A DNA stretch of 64,000 bases from Eubacteriaceae bacterium (GCA_003446375.1 DMAW01000007.1:1863-65862); one strand, 5' to 3'. Positions 31,242 to 41,687 are shown, numbered from the stretch's first letter. Numbers and translations: made by a program. Notes: generated by a model not told the origin, from the letters alone.

Positions 31242-32168
31242 CTAAACTACCAAAGTAAATATCCAAACCACTAAAGGTATGGTAAAAAGGGAAAAAAAGG
31301 TCGTCATAAATATTCCTTCTGAAGCAAGATCTACGTTATTGCCATAAGTCTTTGCCAATATTGCGCAAAGAGCCGCTACAGGCATTGCTACAATTATTAC
31401 CGGTATCCCGATCAATAAATCATTGGAGACAAAATTCTTAAGGGCAAACAGCAACGCTACAGGCATTAGCACGAGCCTAAAAATGCTTACTATGTACAGG
31501 TTTCGATTTGAGAATATATTTTTAAAACTAACCGTAGCCAAAGAAGCACCTATAAATATCATCGACAAAGGGGTAGTAAGATCTCCCATCATGGTCAATG
31601 GCTTTAATGCTATTTCAGGTATCTCCACTGAAAACAAGAACAATGCAAAACCTATTACCGTTCCAATCAGCGCCGGAGATAAAAGACTTTTAAATTCAAA
31701 CTTGCTCTTGCCTTTTTCCATAAGGTAAACGCCTACTGTAAATACCAGAGCGTTAAAGGGCAGGTTGAATAGCGCTGCATAAAATATGGATTCTTGGCCG
31801 AATATAGATATAAGCACAGGGAATCCCATAAATGCAGCATTTGAAAATATCATCATAAATTGATATACGCCTTTGTCCCAGCTATTTCTGACACCTAATA
31901 TCCAAGGCATCATCCAGGCCACCAAAAACTGAAGTCCATATGAAGGGATAGCAATTAACATTATTCCCCCTACATCACCTAGCCTGTCCCATGAAAACGG
32001 AAGCTGCATCGAAGATACTATAAGAGCCGGCATGGTTACATGAGTGATGAATTTGGGAATATTGTCCGCCATCTCTTTACCGATTAGATTTATCTTTCTT
32101 GTTAAGTATCCAATGATTCCAATTGCAAAAAGTGTGAATATCGAAATAAAAACATTGTAAAAATTCAT
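31242..32168 (-). CDS. AEC (auxin efflux carrier) family transporter
   Basis: About 10 TMs; SNAAFMGFP, GDLTTPLSM, AMPVA motifs. Confidence 0.88.
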   Translation of the reverse strand: MNFYNVFISIFTLFAIGIIGYLTRKINLIGKEMADNIPKFITHVTMPALIVSSMQLPFSWDRLGDVGGIMLIAIPSYGLQFLVAWMMPWILGVRNSWDKGVYQFMMIFSNAAFMGFPVLISIFGQESIFYAALFNLPFNALVFTVGVYLMEKGKSKFEFKSLLSPALIGTVIGFALFLFSVEIPEIALKPLTMMGDLTTPLSMIFIGASLATVSFKNIFSNRNLYIVSIFRLVLMPVALLFALKNFVSNDLLIGIPVIIVAMPVAALCAILAKTYGNNVDLASEGIFMTTFFSLFTIPLVVWIFTLVV

Positions 32169-32200
32169 TTGCCTGTTATTCCTCCCAAGCTGTTCAACTT

Positions 32201-33124
32201 CTATACCATGAGCAATAAAGTTGCCACGATGGGTATAGTCACCATGGACAGTAAAGTCGTCATAAACACTCCCGAAGACGCAAGATCCACATTGTTGTCA
32301 TACTCTTTTGCAAATATGGTACAAAGCGTGGCTACCGGCATTGCGTGTATGATAACAGGCACGCCTCTTGCTATTTCGTTTGTCACAAATCCTTTTATCA
32401 CAATCAGCAAAATTATTGGTATAGCTAAGAGCCTGATAAAAGAGATAATGTACATTCTCTTATTGACAAATATTTTTTCAAATTTCAAATCAATCATCGA
32501 TGCGCCAATAAAAAGCATCGCAAGAGGAGTCGTCAAGCCTCCCACTATTTCTAAAGGCTGATTAATAAAATCCGTTAGCTTTATCTGCGTAAAGAACAAA
32601 AAAAGTCCAATCACTGTGGCCGCCATTCCGGGGTTCAACAATTCCTTATAATTAAATTTCCTAATCCTGCTATCCATCATTTTAACCCCTAAGGTCATTA
32701 TCAAAACCCTGTAAGGAATTATATATATAGCTCCGAAAAAAATCGCCTCTTCACCAAAAATCGTCGCCAATACAGGAATCCCTATGAATCCTGAGTTTTG
32801 AAACATCACCATGAACTGATATATTCCTTTTTCATGCTTGTCGGCCAAACCAAAAATACCCGGGATCAAAGCGACAAAACCATATTGTATGACGAAAGCC
32901 ACGACTCCTACCAGAAGCATAAGTCCCATATCTGCTACCTTGTCCCAGGTATACTCTATCTGCATCGAAGATATGATCAGACAAGGCAAAGTCACTTCTG
33001 TGATAAGCTTCGGTATGTTTGAATTAGCTTCATCTTTTAGAACATCTTTTTTTCGTATTAAATAGCCTACGGCACCCAATATAAAAAGGGTTGCTATGGC
33101 AACGAACATATTATAAAAATTCAC
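32201..33124 (-). CDS. AEC family transporter (tandem paralog)
   Basis: QNSGFIGIP, GGLTTPLAM, AMPVA motifs. Confidence 0.88.
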   Translation of the reverse strand: MNFYNMFVAIATLFILGAVGYLIRKKDVLKDEANSNIPKLITEVTLPCLIISSMQIEYTWDKVADMGLMLLVGVVAFVIQYGFVALIPGIFGLADKHEKGIYQFMVMFQNSGFIGIPVLATIFGEEAIFFGAIYIIPYRVLIMTLGVKMMDSRIRKFNYKELLNPGMAATVIGLFLFFTQIKLTDFINQPLEIVGGLTTPLAMLFIGASMIDLKFEKIFVNKRMYIISFIRLLAIPIILLIVIKGFVTNEIARGVPVIIHAMPVATLCTIFAKEYDNNVDLASSGVFMTTLLSMVTIPIVATLLLMV

Positions 33125-33324
33125 CCTTAATCTTTACCTCCACAATTTATAATCGACTAACTATACAATTATCTCATTAATTCCCTTGAAAATGAAGCTT
33201 ATTATCATTTTAATTCAATTTGAGATTTAATGTCAACGAAACTGTATACAAAATTCATTTATTTGCTTTATCTATTCAATTCTGTTATATATAAAGTATA
33301 AAAAAAATGAAAAGAGGCGATTGC

Positions 33325-34023
33325 ATGACAGTACATATCGGAGCTAAAAAAGGAGACTTTTCTAAAACGGTCCTAATGCCTGGAGATCCACTAAGAGCAA
33401 AGTTCATTGCCGAACATTACTTATCTGAAGTCTCTCAGATAACATCGGTTCGTGGCATGCTTGGGTACACAGGTAAATACAAAAATAAAAAAGTATCCGT
33501 AATGGGATCTGGCATGGGGATGCCCTCTATGGGGATTTATTCTTATGAACTTTATACGGAATACGACGTGGAGAATATCATTAGGATAGGTTCCTGCGGC
33601 TCATTCCAAGAAGACGTTAAAGTACGGGACATAGTACTTGCCATGGGTGCCTGCACAAACAGCAATTTTGCTTCACAATACGGGTTGCCTGGAACATTCA
33701 GCCCGATAGCGGATTATGGCCTGTTAAGCAGATCCGTAGAAATTGCCAATACAAAAAATATCCCTGTAAAAGTGGGCAATGCATTGTCTAGCGATATCTT
33801 TTACGATGACAATCCAAAGGCTTGGGAGAAATGGGCAAAGATGGGCGTAATGGTGGTGGAAATGGAAGCCGCCGCTTTGTACATGAATGCAGCTCGACTA
33901 AATAAAAACGCTTTAGCCTTACTGACTGTAAGCGACAGCTTGGTTACAGGGGAGCTTACTACTGCCCAAGAGCGTGAAAAGACTTTTACGGATATGATGG
34001 AAATAGCTTTGGAACTAGCATAA
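33325..34023 (+). CDS. deoD: Purine nucleoside phosphorylase DeoD-type
   Basis: MPGDPLRAK, RGMLGYTG, GMGMPS, VEMEAA, TVSD; start moved to MTVHIG. Confidence 0.96.
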   Translation: MTVHIGAKKGDFSKTVLMPGDPLRAKFIAEHYLSEVSQITSVRGMLGYTGKYKNKKVSVMGSGMGMPSMGIYSYELYTEYDVENIIRIGSCGSFQEDVKVRDIVLAMGACTNSNFASQYGLPGTFSPIADYGLLSRSVEIANTKNIPVKVGNALSSDIFYDDNPKAWEKWAKMGVMVVEMEAAALYMNAARLNKNALALLTVSDSLVTGELTTAQEREKTFTDMMEIALELA

Positions 34024-34043
34024 AAGGGAGCTTAGCTCCCTTT
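34022..34043. terminator. Bidirectional terminator
   Basis: AAAAGGGAGC-TTA-GCTCCCTTT between convergent genes. Confidence 0.7.
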
Positions 34044-34729
34044 CATCTACTAACATCCATCTCAATTTTCCCGTCTTTTATCTCCACTATTCTATCGGCC
34101 TTTTCAGCTATCCGCCTGTCATGTGTTATGATTACAAATGTAGTCTCAGATCTTTCATTTATCTCCCTTAAATTTTTATAGATATTTTCCGTAGAATCCG
34201 AATCTAAATTGCCTGTAGGCTCATCTGCCAGAATTATTTCAGGATTGTTCATGAGTGCCCTGGCGATAGCTGTTCTTTGTTGCTGCCCCCCTGACATGTT
34301 GTTTGCAGGATTGTTCTTAACCTTTGACAAGCCTACCATGTCCATAAGCTCCTCTGCTTTTTTAAAAGTACTCTTATCAACACCTCCACCCTTGATCCTG
34401 TGTGGCATCAAAACGTTTTCAAGCGCCGTGAATTCAGGTAGTAGATAATGAAACTGAAAGATAAACCCCAACGTCGAATTTCTTAGATCTGCCAATTGTT
34501 TCTTGGCAAGGATGCTAACGTCCCTATCACCTATTAATACCTTTCCGGCAGTAGGTTTATCGAGAGTTCCAATTATGTTTAAAAGCGTGCTCTTCCCGCT
34601 TCCTGAAGCTCCAATTATGCTGTTGAAACTCCCTCTTTCAAATGCCAAGTCTAAATCAAATAGCACTTGAGTCTTTATTTTATCTCCGTAAATTTTGCTC
34701 ACTTTTTCAAGTTTTATAATATCAGCCAT
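34043..34729 (-). CDS. ABC ATP-binding subunit, LolD/MacB family
   Basis: GASGSGKS, FQFHYLL, SGGQQQR, ADEPTGNLD. Confidence 0.92.
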   Translation of the reverse strand: MADIIKLEKVSKIYGDKIKTQVLFDLDLAFERGSFNSIIGASGSGKSTLLNIIGTLDKPTAGKVLIGDRDVSILAKKQLADLRNSTLGFIFQFHYLLPEFTALENVLMPHRIKGGGVDKSTFKKAEELMDMVGLSKVKNNPANNMSGGQQQRTAIARALMNNPEIILADEPTGNLDSDSTENIYKNLREINERSETTFVIITHDRRIAEKADRIVEIKDGKIEMDVSR

Positions 34730-35879
34730 TTCTGATCACCTCTATTGGATTGAGTTTAAGGGATTTTCTTGCGGGAATAAAAGAAGCTACTAGGCTTGCA
34801 AGTATGGCAATGCCTCCTGACAATGCAATAAATCCGTAGTTTATGTAAAACGCGATGACTGGAGTCCCATCAGGGTTTAATGCAAATGTAGTAAAAGCCA
34901 CTGAAAGCCCCAGCCCCAAAGCTACCCCTAGCATTGCACCGAATACCCCCAATATCAATCCTTGAAGCAAAAATATCCTGCTGGCATCTCCGTCTCTTAT
35001 TCCCATTGCCTTTAGAATTCCAATTTCTTTGGATTTTTGCATTACTGTAATTGCAAGAACACTGGATATGCCCAGCACTACAGATATCATAACGAAAACC
35101 TGAATCATTATGCTGGATATGCTTTGACCGTTTAGTCCGCTCAAAAGCTCCTGGTTTTGAGCTTTCCAATTATCGATTATCAAATCCTCATTATCTATCC
35201 TATTGTTGATGGAATCTGCAATAATATCCGCCGCAAAGACATCCTGCACCTGCATTTCAATAGAAGTCACTTCATCCCCATAATCAAATAATCCTTGAGC
35301 AGTTTTGATGTCTGTAATTACCCATGAGGAATTTATTGAGGATACCCTAAAGTCATAAAAACCTGAAATTCTATATTCCTCTATACGTCCGCTTGCAGTA
35401 GCCAGTTTCATCTCTTCGTTTAACGACAATCCCAATTCATCTTTTAAGTTTAATCCGGCTATGACTTCGCCTTCTTTAGGCAATCTTCCTTCAACAAGCT
35501 TTTCTTCGATGGAATATATCCCCTCAGCGTCTTCAAAAATCCATCCCCTGACAATAACCGGGTCGCTTCTGTCATCCTTCAACAGAAATGCCGGTCCATC
35601 CGCTGCAGCGCTTATAGCGCTTAAACCCGGTTCATTTTCTTTTATTTCATCAATCGCTTCTTCCCAATTTTCAATAACAGCTGCTTCTTTAGTAGCACTT
35701 ATGGTTATTTGAGGCGAGTTTCCTATCGTGGTATTTACAAGATCCTGCTGCAATCCCTGAATGAGAAGTCCAATAAAAACCTGGACAGAAACACCTATAG
35801 CTATCCCAGTAACGATCAAAAAAGTCTGCGCTAGATTGAATTTTAAAAATCGAGCTGCAATTTTAAACGAAAGTCTCAT
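34722..35879 (-). CDS. FtsX/LolE-type ABC permease
   Basis: TM1, large extracellular domain, three TMs; EIGILKAMG, PARKSLKLNPIEVIR. Confidence 0.9.
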   Translation of the reverse strand: MRLSFKIAARFLKFNLAQTFLIVTGIAIGVSVQVFIGLLIQGLQQDLVNTTIGNSPQITISATKEAAVIENWEEAIDEIKENEPGLSAISAAADGPAFLLKDDRSDPVIVRGWIFEDAEGIYSIEEKLVEGRLPKEGEVIAGLNLKDELGLSLNEEMKLATASGRIEEYRISGFYDFRVSSINSSWVITDIKTAQGLFDYGDEVTSIEMQVQDVFAADIIADSINNRIDNEDLIIDNWKAQNQELLSGLNGQSISSIMIQVFVMISVVLGISSVLAITVMQKSKEIGILKAMGIRDGDASRIFLLQGLILGVFGAMLGVALGLGLSVAFTTFALNPDGTPVIAFYINYGFIALSGGIAILASLVASFIPARKSLKLNPIEVIRNG

Positions 35880-36535
35880 TGAAAGTCACCTCCGTTTAAA
35901 AGCTTTTTCAAATCTTCAAAGTTAAACACATATCCATCTACGTCCATTTGCCGCTCATTTTTAATATCCTTTGAAAAAGCGCTTCCACCGACAAAAATCT
36001 TCACTTCTCCGTCAAGCTCTTTTCTTAACAAGTCTACTGTTTTCCTTGCAGAAAATAAATTGTAGGGGTTTGTAACGCTTATGGCAACTATATCTAGATC
36101 TAGTTGTCTGGCAATACTTATAAACTCGTAATCAGGGGTGCTGCTTCCTACAAAGACTGCTTCCCAGTTAAGGAGTGTAAAGTAATCTGCAGCTATTCTG
36201 GCTCCCATATCGTGATATTCACCATCAGGGCATAAAATTGCCACCTTCTTTACGGGTGCCTCGCCAAAATTTTTTGCCCTTTCTTCCAATACATATGGAT
36301 AAAGGCTCTCAATCACAGTTCGCGCTATGGCGTTTCTTACGTGTTCCTTCCATATGCAAAGGTCGTGCTCATCGTTGTGGCACCTTATATTGTTCATTGC
36401 CTTGGCAAGAACCTTTTCATAAAACTCCACTATTTCTATTTGCTTATTCTTAATAAGTGAAATAGAAAATGTCACCGCTTCGCTTTTGCTTTCGTCTTCT
36501 AGCAATTCTTTAAACTTTTCATAAAACGCCTCCAT
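35876..36535 (-). CDS. Stand-alone cobalamin (B12)-binding domain protein
   Basis: Helical cap with EH (WKEH), then EYHDMG (ExHxxG), ISV and VGG motifs; no DNA-binding domain. Confidence 0.8.
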   Translation of the reverse strand: MEAFYEKFKELLEDESKSEAVTFSISLIKNKQIEIVEFYEKVLAKAMNNIRCHNDEHDLCIWKEHVRNAIARTVIESLYPYVLEERAKNFGEAPVKKVAILCPDGEYHDMGARIAADYFTLLNWEAVFVGSSTPDYEFISIARQLDLDIVAISVTNPYNLFSARKTVDLLRKELDGEVKIFVGGSAFSKDIKNERQMDVDGYVFNFEDLKKLLNGGDFQ

Positions 36536-36562
36536 GGGCGCACCTGCCTTTCTAAAAAGAAG

Positions 36563-37456
36563 TCACCCCACTCTGATTTGATCTCTTCTTTTTTTCAGGT
36601 TTTCTACTATCTTGTAATCCATAATCCCAAGCTGTCCCAGCCTAATACTTGGTTTGTATCTTCCGTGAAAATCGCTTCCGGTAGTGTAGATCAAATCCCT
36701 TTCCAAGCAATATTTAAGGTATGTCTTGATATCGTCCTCAGTGTGGGTAGTGTAGTATACTTCTACCCCCTCTAGGCCTTCTTGAACCAAAGAATCCATA
36801 AACCTTTTATCATTAAAATCAACTCTCATCTGATCGTATCCGGGATGAGCAAGTACAGGTACTCCTCCACTTGCCTTTACTGCTTTGATGAAGTCTGATG
36901 TATCCGGAATATAATGTGGCGTATAAAAAGGTTTTCCGTAAGCCAAAAGCCTTACGCTTATCTGATGCACCGGATTTTCATATTTTTTATATTCATCTAT
37001 AAGAGGATGATTTGCGTTTCGCTCATCATAAAACATGGCATATGCCGCCGAAGAAAATAGAGGCGGTGTATCTCTGCAAAACTCCCTAGCCTTATCCTCT
37101 TCAGCATAAAGGCCCTTTTTCCTAAACAATTTTATTTGTTCTGTAAGCCACCGATCTCTGTCCGCTGCAATGTTTTTTATCAATCTGTTTATCTCTAAAG
37201 CATCAGTATCAAAACAGTATCCCAGCATATGCAAAAACTTTTCGTCCTTCTTGCAAAAGAGCTCTGTTCCCGAAAGAGCTTCTACACCGTATTGAGGCGC
37301 CTTTTTTATCGTCTCTGAAACGCAGTCGATGGAATCGTGATCTGTAATGGCAATAACTCCCACACCTTCATCAACGGCCAGCATTAGTATCTCATCCGGA
37401 GAAAGCTCTCCGTCACTGCTTGCTTTGGTATGAACATGCAAATCTATCTTATTCAT
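36563..37456 (-). CDS. PHP-domain metal-dependent phosphoesterase
   Basis: DLHVHT, ITDHD, LAHPG, GSDFHG. Confidence 0.9.
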   Translation of the reverse strand: MNKIDLHVHTKASSDGELSPDEILMLAVDEGVGVIAITDHDSIDCVSETIKKAPQYGVEALSGTELFCKKDEKFLHMLGYCFDTDALEINRLIKNIAADRDRWLTEQIKLFRKKGLYAEEDKAREFCRDTPPLFSSAAYAMFYDERNANHPLIDEYKKYENPVHQISVRLLAYGKPFYTPHYIPDTSDFIKAVKASGGVPVLAHPGYDQMRVDFNDKRFMDSLVQEGLEGVEVYYTTHTEDDIKTYLKYCLERDLIYTTGSDFHGRYKPSIRLGQLGIMDYKIVENLKKRRDQIRVG

Positions 37457-37609
37457 CACGCACCTCCAAAATTATCTTGATTAAATCCTACCACAATGGA
37501 ATAACCCAAGCAACAGAGGTATTTTTAATTTGGTTTTAATTATTGGATAATGGGTATTTAATACTACTGAAAGATAATAAAATCAAATCCATGAAGGGAA
37601 TGAATTTAA

Positions 37610-37843
37610 ATGAAAAGACTCTACAAAAATAAGGCTCAAGGAAAAATTTCAGGTGTTTGTCAAGGAGTAGCAGAATATTTTGATATCGATCCTTCCATCG
37701 TCAGGGTAATCTGGGCAATTACTTTCTTTTGGGGTGGCGCAGGTTTGTTTCTCTATATCATCTGTGCGATAGTTCTGCCGGATAAAAGCGAACTTGACTT
37801 TAACGACTATACCGTTAAACCCCTAGACAAGGAAGAGGAGTAA
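37610..37843 (+). CDS. pspC: PspC-domain protein
   Basis: KRLYK...ISGVCQGVAEYFDIDPSIVR...YIICAIVLP. Confidence 0.9.
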   Translation: MKRLYKNKAQGKISGVCQGVAEYFDIDPSIVRVIWAITFFWGGAGLFLYIICAIVLPDKSELDFNDYTVKPLDKEEE

Positions 37844-37853
37844 TCGGTAATTT

Positions 37854-38591
37854 ATGAAAATAATTCCCTTAGCCAACACAGGTTTTTTACTAAAAAGCAC
37901 CGCAGAGGATAAGACGATATTGATCGATGCCATCAACACGGAAAAGGTATACCCTTTTGCCTCTTTGCCCGAGGCTACCTTACAGGATATGATATCAGGC
38001 AACTATCCTTTTGAAAGCATCGATCTAATTTTATTTACTCATCATCACAAGGATCATTTTAATGCCGAAAACACCCTCAAGGTCTTAGACGCACATCCGG
38101 AATCCATGGTGTTTTCAACCATCCAGACTTACAATATTCTGATTAATCATGATAGGTGCTCATCCGAACTAAAAAAAAGGATATTTTTTGGCGAAGTTCC
38201 TCTAAAGAAGACCCTTGCTTTTAATGTAAATAAAGTCTCATTTTATGCAACCAGGCTTATGCATTCAGGCGATCAGTACAAGGATGTGCAAAACTACTGC
38301 TTTAGCTTAAACCTTAACGATGAGATTATATTTCACTGCGGAGACGCTCATCATTCAATTGAAAACTATCAGGATACAGGGATATCCAAGCTAAATATAA
38401 CTATTGCCCTTCTTGACTTTCCTTATATTACTCTTTCATCAGGGCGAAATGTTATAAAAGATTATATTAAACCAAAAAAAATCCACCTGATGCATCTCCC
38501 TTTAGCTTCAGAAGATAAATTCGGATGGATTAAAGCTGTTGAAAAAGCTGTTGAAAAATTTACATATGAGTTACCTGAAATAATTGTATAA
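37854..38591 (+). CDS. MBL-fold metallo-hydrolase
   Basis: THHHKDHF, LMHSG, HCGDA, LMHL. Confidence 0.8.
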   Translation: MKIIPLANTGFLLKSTAEDKTILIDAINTEKVYPFASLPEATLQDMISGNYPFESIDLILFTHHHKDHFNAENTLKVLDAHPESMVFSTIQTYNILINHDRCSSELKKRIFFGEVPLKKTLAFNVNKVSFYATRLMHSGDQYKDVQNYCFSLNLNDEIIFHCGDAHHSIENYQDTGISKLNITIALLDFPYITLSSGRNVIKDYIKPKKIHLMHLPLASEDKFGWIKAVEKAVEKFTYELPEIIV

Positions 38592-38594
38592 TTC

Positions 38595-39539
38595 TCACCT
38601 GCGTCCATTTTTGTATTCTTTGATGCTTTTAAGGGTTTTTGCAAATCGCTTTGATTTTGATTTCGGGTAAGCTTTAGTAAGGTGGGATCTTGATAGACGC
38701 TTTCTTAGCTGTTCGTACCTGCTTAAGCTATTGCTTCCATTTTCTTTCTTTGCCTGCCTCAACTCCATGAAGTCTTTTTTCAGCTCTTCTCCTATTTCAT
38801 TCATACTGATATTGCCAAGGTATGTGACGTATTTTTTATACACATTATCGTGGAAATATTCTGTCTGAGATTTTATGTCAGCCTTAAGGTCTTGAAACCT
38901 GGCATAAAGCTCTTCTGTAAAGAGAAGGCCTTTTTCTTCAAGTTCTTCGATATTTTCCAAAATATTTTCTGTTATATCTTTAGATAAATGCTGCATTTTT
39001 TCGATTATGACTTTGTAATCTACCATAGCTTTTACGGTAAATACAATGTCTATCAGTATATATGCAACTAGAATGCTAATAACTATTTCCCCAATATTTA
39101 ATGGAATCATGTCTATGAAACCTTCCACCAAGGGATGCACTGCCTTAATAACAAATATGCCTCCGATTCCCCACATAATCGAAAACCTCAGGCATATAAA
39201 GCCGTTTAAGTTGTATTTTCTTTCCGAATAATCCCACCATCTAGTATGAAACATCTTGTCTAATATCATGCCAACTAGATATTCAACCACGGACGAAAAG
39301 AAAAAAATAAAAATAAATATTCCGATGTAGCTGTCATAAAGGTTGAAAATTCCATTTTCCTTCAAGCTATCAAATATTAAAAGCAAAAATGCCATCCCTG
39401 TGCCATAGATAGGACATAGCGGACCATACAAAAAACCTCTATTGATGAATCTTTTATGATAAATGAAGGCATATATCACTTCAGTTATCCATCCTAAAAA
39501 TGAATAGAGAAAAAAGTGAAATAAAAATGAATAAAGCAT
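38595..39539 (-). CDS. DUF1113-like membrane protein (putative ABC permease)
   Basis: YSFLGWITE, NRGFLYGPLCPIYG, RWWDYS...NLNGFIC, charged C-terminal tail. Confidence 0.8.
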   Translation of the reverse strand: MLYSFLFHFFLYSFLGWITEVIYAFIYHKRFINRGFLYGPLCPIYGTGMAFLLLIFDSLKENGIFNLYDSYIGIFIFIFFFSSVVEYLVGMILDKMFHTRWWDYSERKYNLNGFICLRFSIMWGIGGIFVIKAVHPLVEGFIDMIPLNIGEIVISILVAYILIDIVFTVKAMVDYKVIIEKMQHLSKDITENILENIEELEEKGLLFTEELYARFQDLKADIKSQTEYFHDNVYKKYVTYLGNISMNEIGEELKKDFMELRQAKKENGSNSLSRYEQLRKRLSRSHLTKAYPKSKSKRFAKTLKSIKEYKNGRR

Positions 39540-39659
39540 ATATGTCTTCAGCTCCTTTTCCCTATAGTGTGATGATTATATTATAACACAATTTGATAAA
39601 ATCCAAACTCCTATGATTCTATGATTGACTTAGTCTTATGAAAACAACGCTCAATTTTG

Positions 39660-39673
39660 CGAACATATGTTTG
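39660..39673. promoter_or_regulatory. LexA (SOS/Cheo) box
   Basis: CGAACATATGTTTG fits Firmicute consensus CGAAC-RNRY-GTTYG; overlaps -35 of TTGTAT-17-TATATT promoter. Confidence 0.85.
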
Positions 39674-39720
39674 TATTTTGTCTTTTTTTATGCTATATTT
39701 AAGTTGCAGAGGTGATTTTA

Positions 39721-40956
39721 ATGGATGATGTTTTAATGAACAAGCTTGCCATATTGGCTGAAGGGGCAAAATACGACGTATCATGCTCTTCTAGCGGCAT
39801 CGAAAGAAAGAACAGCGGCAAAGGCATAGGCAGCGCACGAAGTTTTGGCGTATGTCATACCTGGGCTGCCGATGGACGCTGCATATCTTTGTTAAAGCTT
39901 TTGATGACAAATGATTGCATTTACGACTGCAGCTACTGCATAAATAGAAGCTCAAACGACGTTAGCCGTGCATCGATGTCCCCTGAAGAAATAGCACTCA
40001 TAACCATAGAATTTTATAGACGCAACTACATAGAAGGCTTATTTTTAAGTAGCGCTATCGAGAAGAATCCAACTGATACCATGGAAAAAATGTACCAAAT
40101 TTTGAAATTGCTTAGACGCACCTACGAATTCAACGGCTACATCCATATAAAAGCAATTCCCGGAGCAGACCAGGCATTGATAGAAAAATGCGGCTATCTC
40201 GCAGATAGGATGAGCGTGAATATAGAGCTTCCGTCGACCTCATCTTTAAAGCTACTGGCTCCTCAAAAGAACTATAAGCAAATTATAGCTCCAATCGAGA
40301 ATATCAAAATAGGAATTTCCAGGAATTCCGATGAGCGCAAGCATTTTCGCAAAGCTCCAAAATTTGTTCCTGCGGGTCAATCCACCCAAGTAATTATCGG
40401 TGCTACTCCTGATTCTGACAAAAGCATACTTCGAGTCAGCGAAAAATTATACGGAGAGTATAATTTAAAAAGAGTTTACTACTCTGCATATATGCCTGTA
40501 AATAAAGGTTCTAATCTTCCTGCGCTGCTCACGCCCCCGCCTCTGCTTAGAGAACACAGGCTTTATCAGGCTGATTGGTTGTTGCGTTTTTATAACTTCA
40601 GCGTTAATGAACTTTTCTCTTCTGGTGAAAATAACATGGATATTCAGATGGATCCAAAGCTATATTGGGCCCTTAAGAATCTAAATTTGTTTCCTTTTGA
40701 AATAAATAATGCATCCTTTGAAGAGCTCATTAGGATTCCAGGCATCGGCCACACTTCGGCCTACAGAATAATACGGGAAAGAAAAATTGCTCATTTAGAC
40801 TTTGACGGCTTAAAAAAGACCGGATGCGTCATTGGAAAATCCAAATACTTCGTAACTTGCAAAGGTAAGTACTACGGCGATAACCTGGATGAAAAGCATA
40901 TACATAAGAGCCTAGTCAAAAATAACGATTATAAACAAATAAGTTTTTTCGGGTGA
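39721..40956 (+). CDS. Putative DNA modification/repair radical SAM protein (TIGR03916-like)
   Basis: AKYDVSCSSSG, CIYDCSYC, REHRLYQADWL, HhH RIPGIG. Confidence 0.9.
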   Translation: MDDVLMNKLAILAEGAKYDVSCSSSGIERKNSGKGIGSARSFGVCHTWAADGRCISLLKLLMTNDCIYDCSYCINRSSNDVSRASMSPEEIALITIEFYRRNYIEGLFLSSAIEKNPTDTMEKMYQILKLLRRTYEFNGYIHIKAIPGADQALIEKCGYLADRMSVNIELPSTSSLKLLAPQKNYKQIIAPIENIKIGISRNSDERKHFRKAPKFVPAGQSTQVIIGATPDSDKSILRVSEKLYGEYNLKRVYYSAYMPVNKGSNLPALLTPPPLLREHRLYQADWLLRFYNFSVNELFSSGENNMDIQMDPKLYWALKNLNLFPFEINNASFEELIRIPGIGHTSAYRIIRERKIAHLDFDGLKKTGCVIGKSKYFVTCKGKYYGDNLDEKHIHKSLVKNNDYKQISFFG

Positions 40957-41687
40957 TTGAAATGGATTATCTATACGACGGAACATATGAAGGTCTTTTA
41001 TGTTGCCTCTACTGCCACTTTTTAAAAATACCGGCAACCGGCATCTACCAAAAACATATATACCAAAGACATTTGATAAACCCATACAGGGAAGTTCCTT
41101 CTCTAGAGAAATATTCAGATTATATGGACCAAAAACTTAAACAGCATCTTGGAGAATTGATATCTTCTCAAATATTTCAATGCTTCCTGTACGAAAAAGG
41201 GGAAACTGAAAACATCATACTGCGTTTTGTGGACTTATGCTTTAAAAAAGGAGCTAAATACGCCGGCTTTCATACTCATCCGATTGTATCCTCCTTCGAC
41301 GAGGCCGTGAGGAAGGTAAAGTACGAAACGCACAGATATGTTGGATATGTCCGTTTTATACAGATGGGTGAGTATCTCTACAGCTCAATACATCCCCAGT
41401 ACAACATCCTTCCCCTTATAGGAGGCCATTTTAGCGATCGATACAAGGGCGAAAAGATAATAATACACGATGTAGAGCGTAAAATTGCTTTGGCTGCAAA
41501 TGACGGGAATTTTCTAGTTATTCCTTTTGACAAAACCGATCTTTCAAAACATGCTAAAAATAATTTTTTCGAGATTCTCTGGAAGACTTACTTTGACCAC
41601 ATTGCAATAAAAGACCGAATAAATCCAAAGCTGCAACGCAATTTTGTTCCTCTTAAATATCGCAAGGACTTGACAGAATTTAAATAG
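40953..41687 (+). CDS. TIGR03915/DUF4130-like putative DNA repair protein
   Basis: YLYDGTYEGLL, HRYVGYVRF, HFSDRY, LWKTYF, P.KYRKDLTEF; adjacent to the radical SAM gene. Confidence 0.85.
   Translation: MIEMDYLYDGTYEGLLCCLYCHFLKIPATGIYQKHIYQRHLINPYREVPSLEKYSDYMDQKLKQHLGELISSQIFQCFLYEKGETENIILRFVDLCFKKGAKYAGFHTHPIVSSFDEAVRKVKYETHRYVGYVRFIQMGEYLYSSIHPQYNILPLIGGHFSDRYKGEKIIIHDVERKIALAANDGNFLVIPFDKTDLSKHAKNNFFEILWKTYFDHIAIKDRINPKLQRNFVPLKYRKDLTEFK

Noticed and set aside
35876-36535. CarH-type B12 photoreceptor regulator
   Set aside because: No HTH domain, and the Trp is not about 10 residues before the EH motif as in CarH
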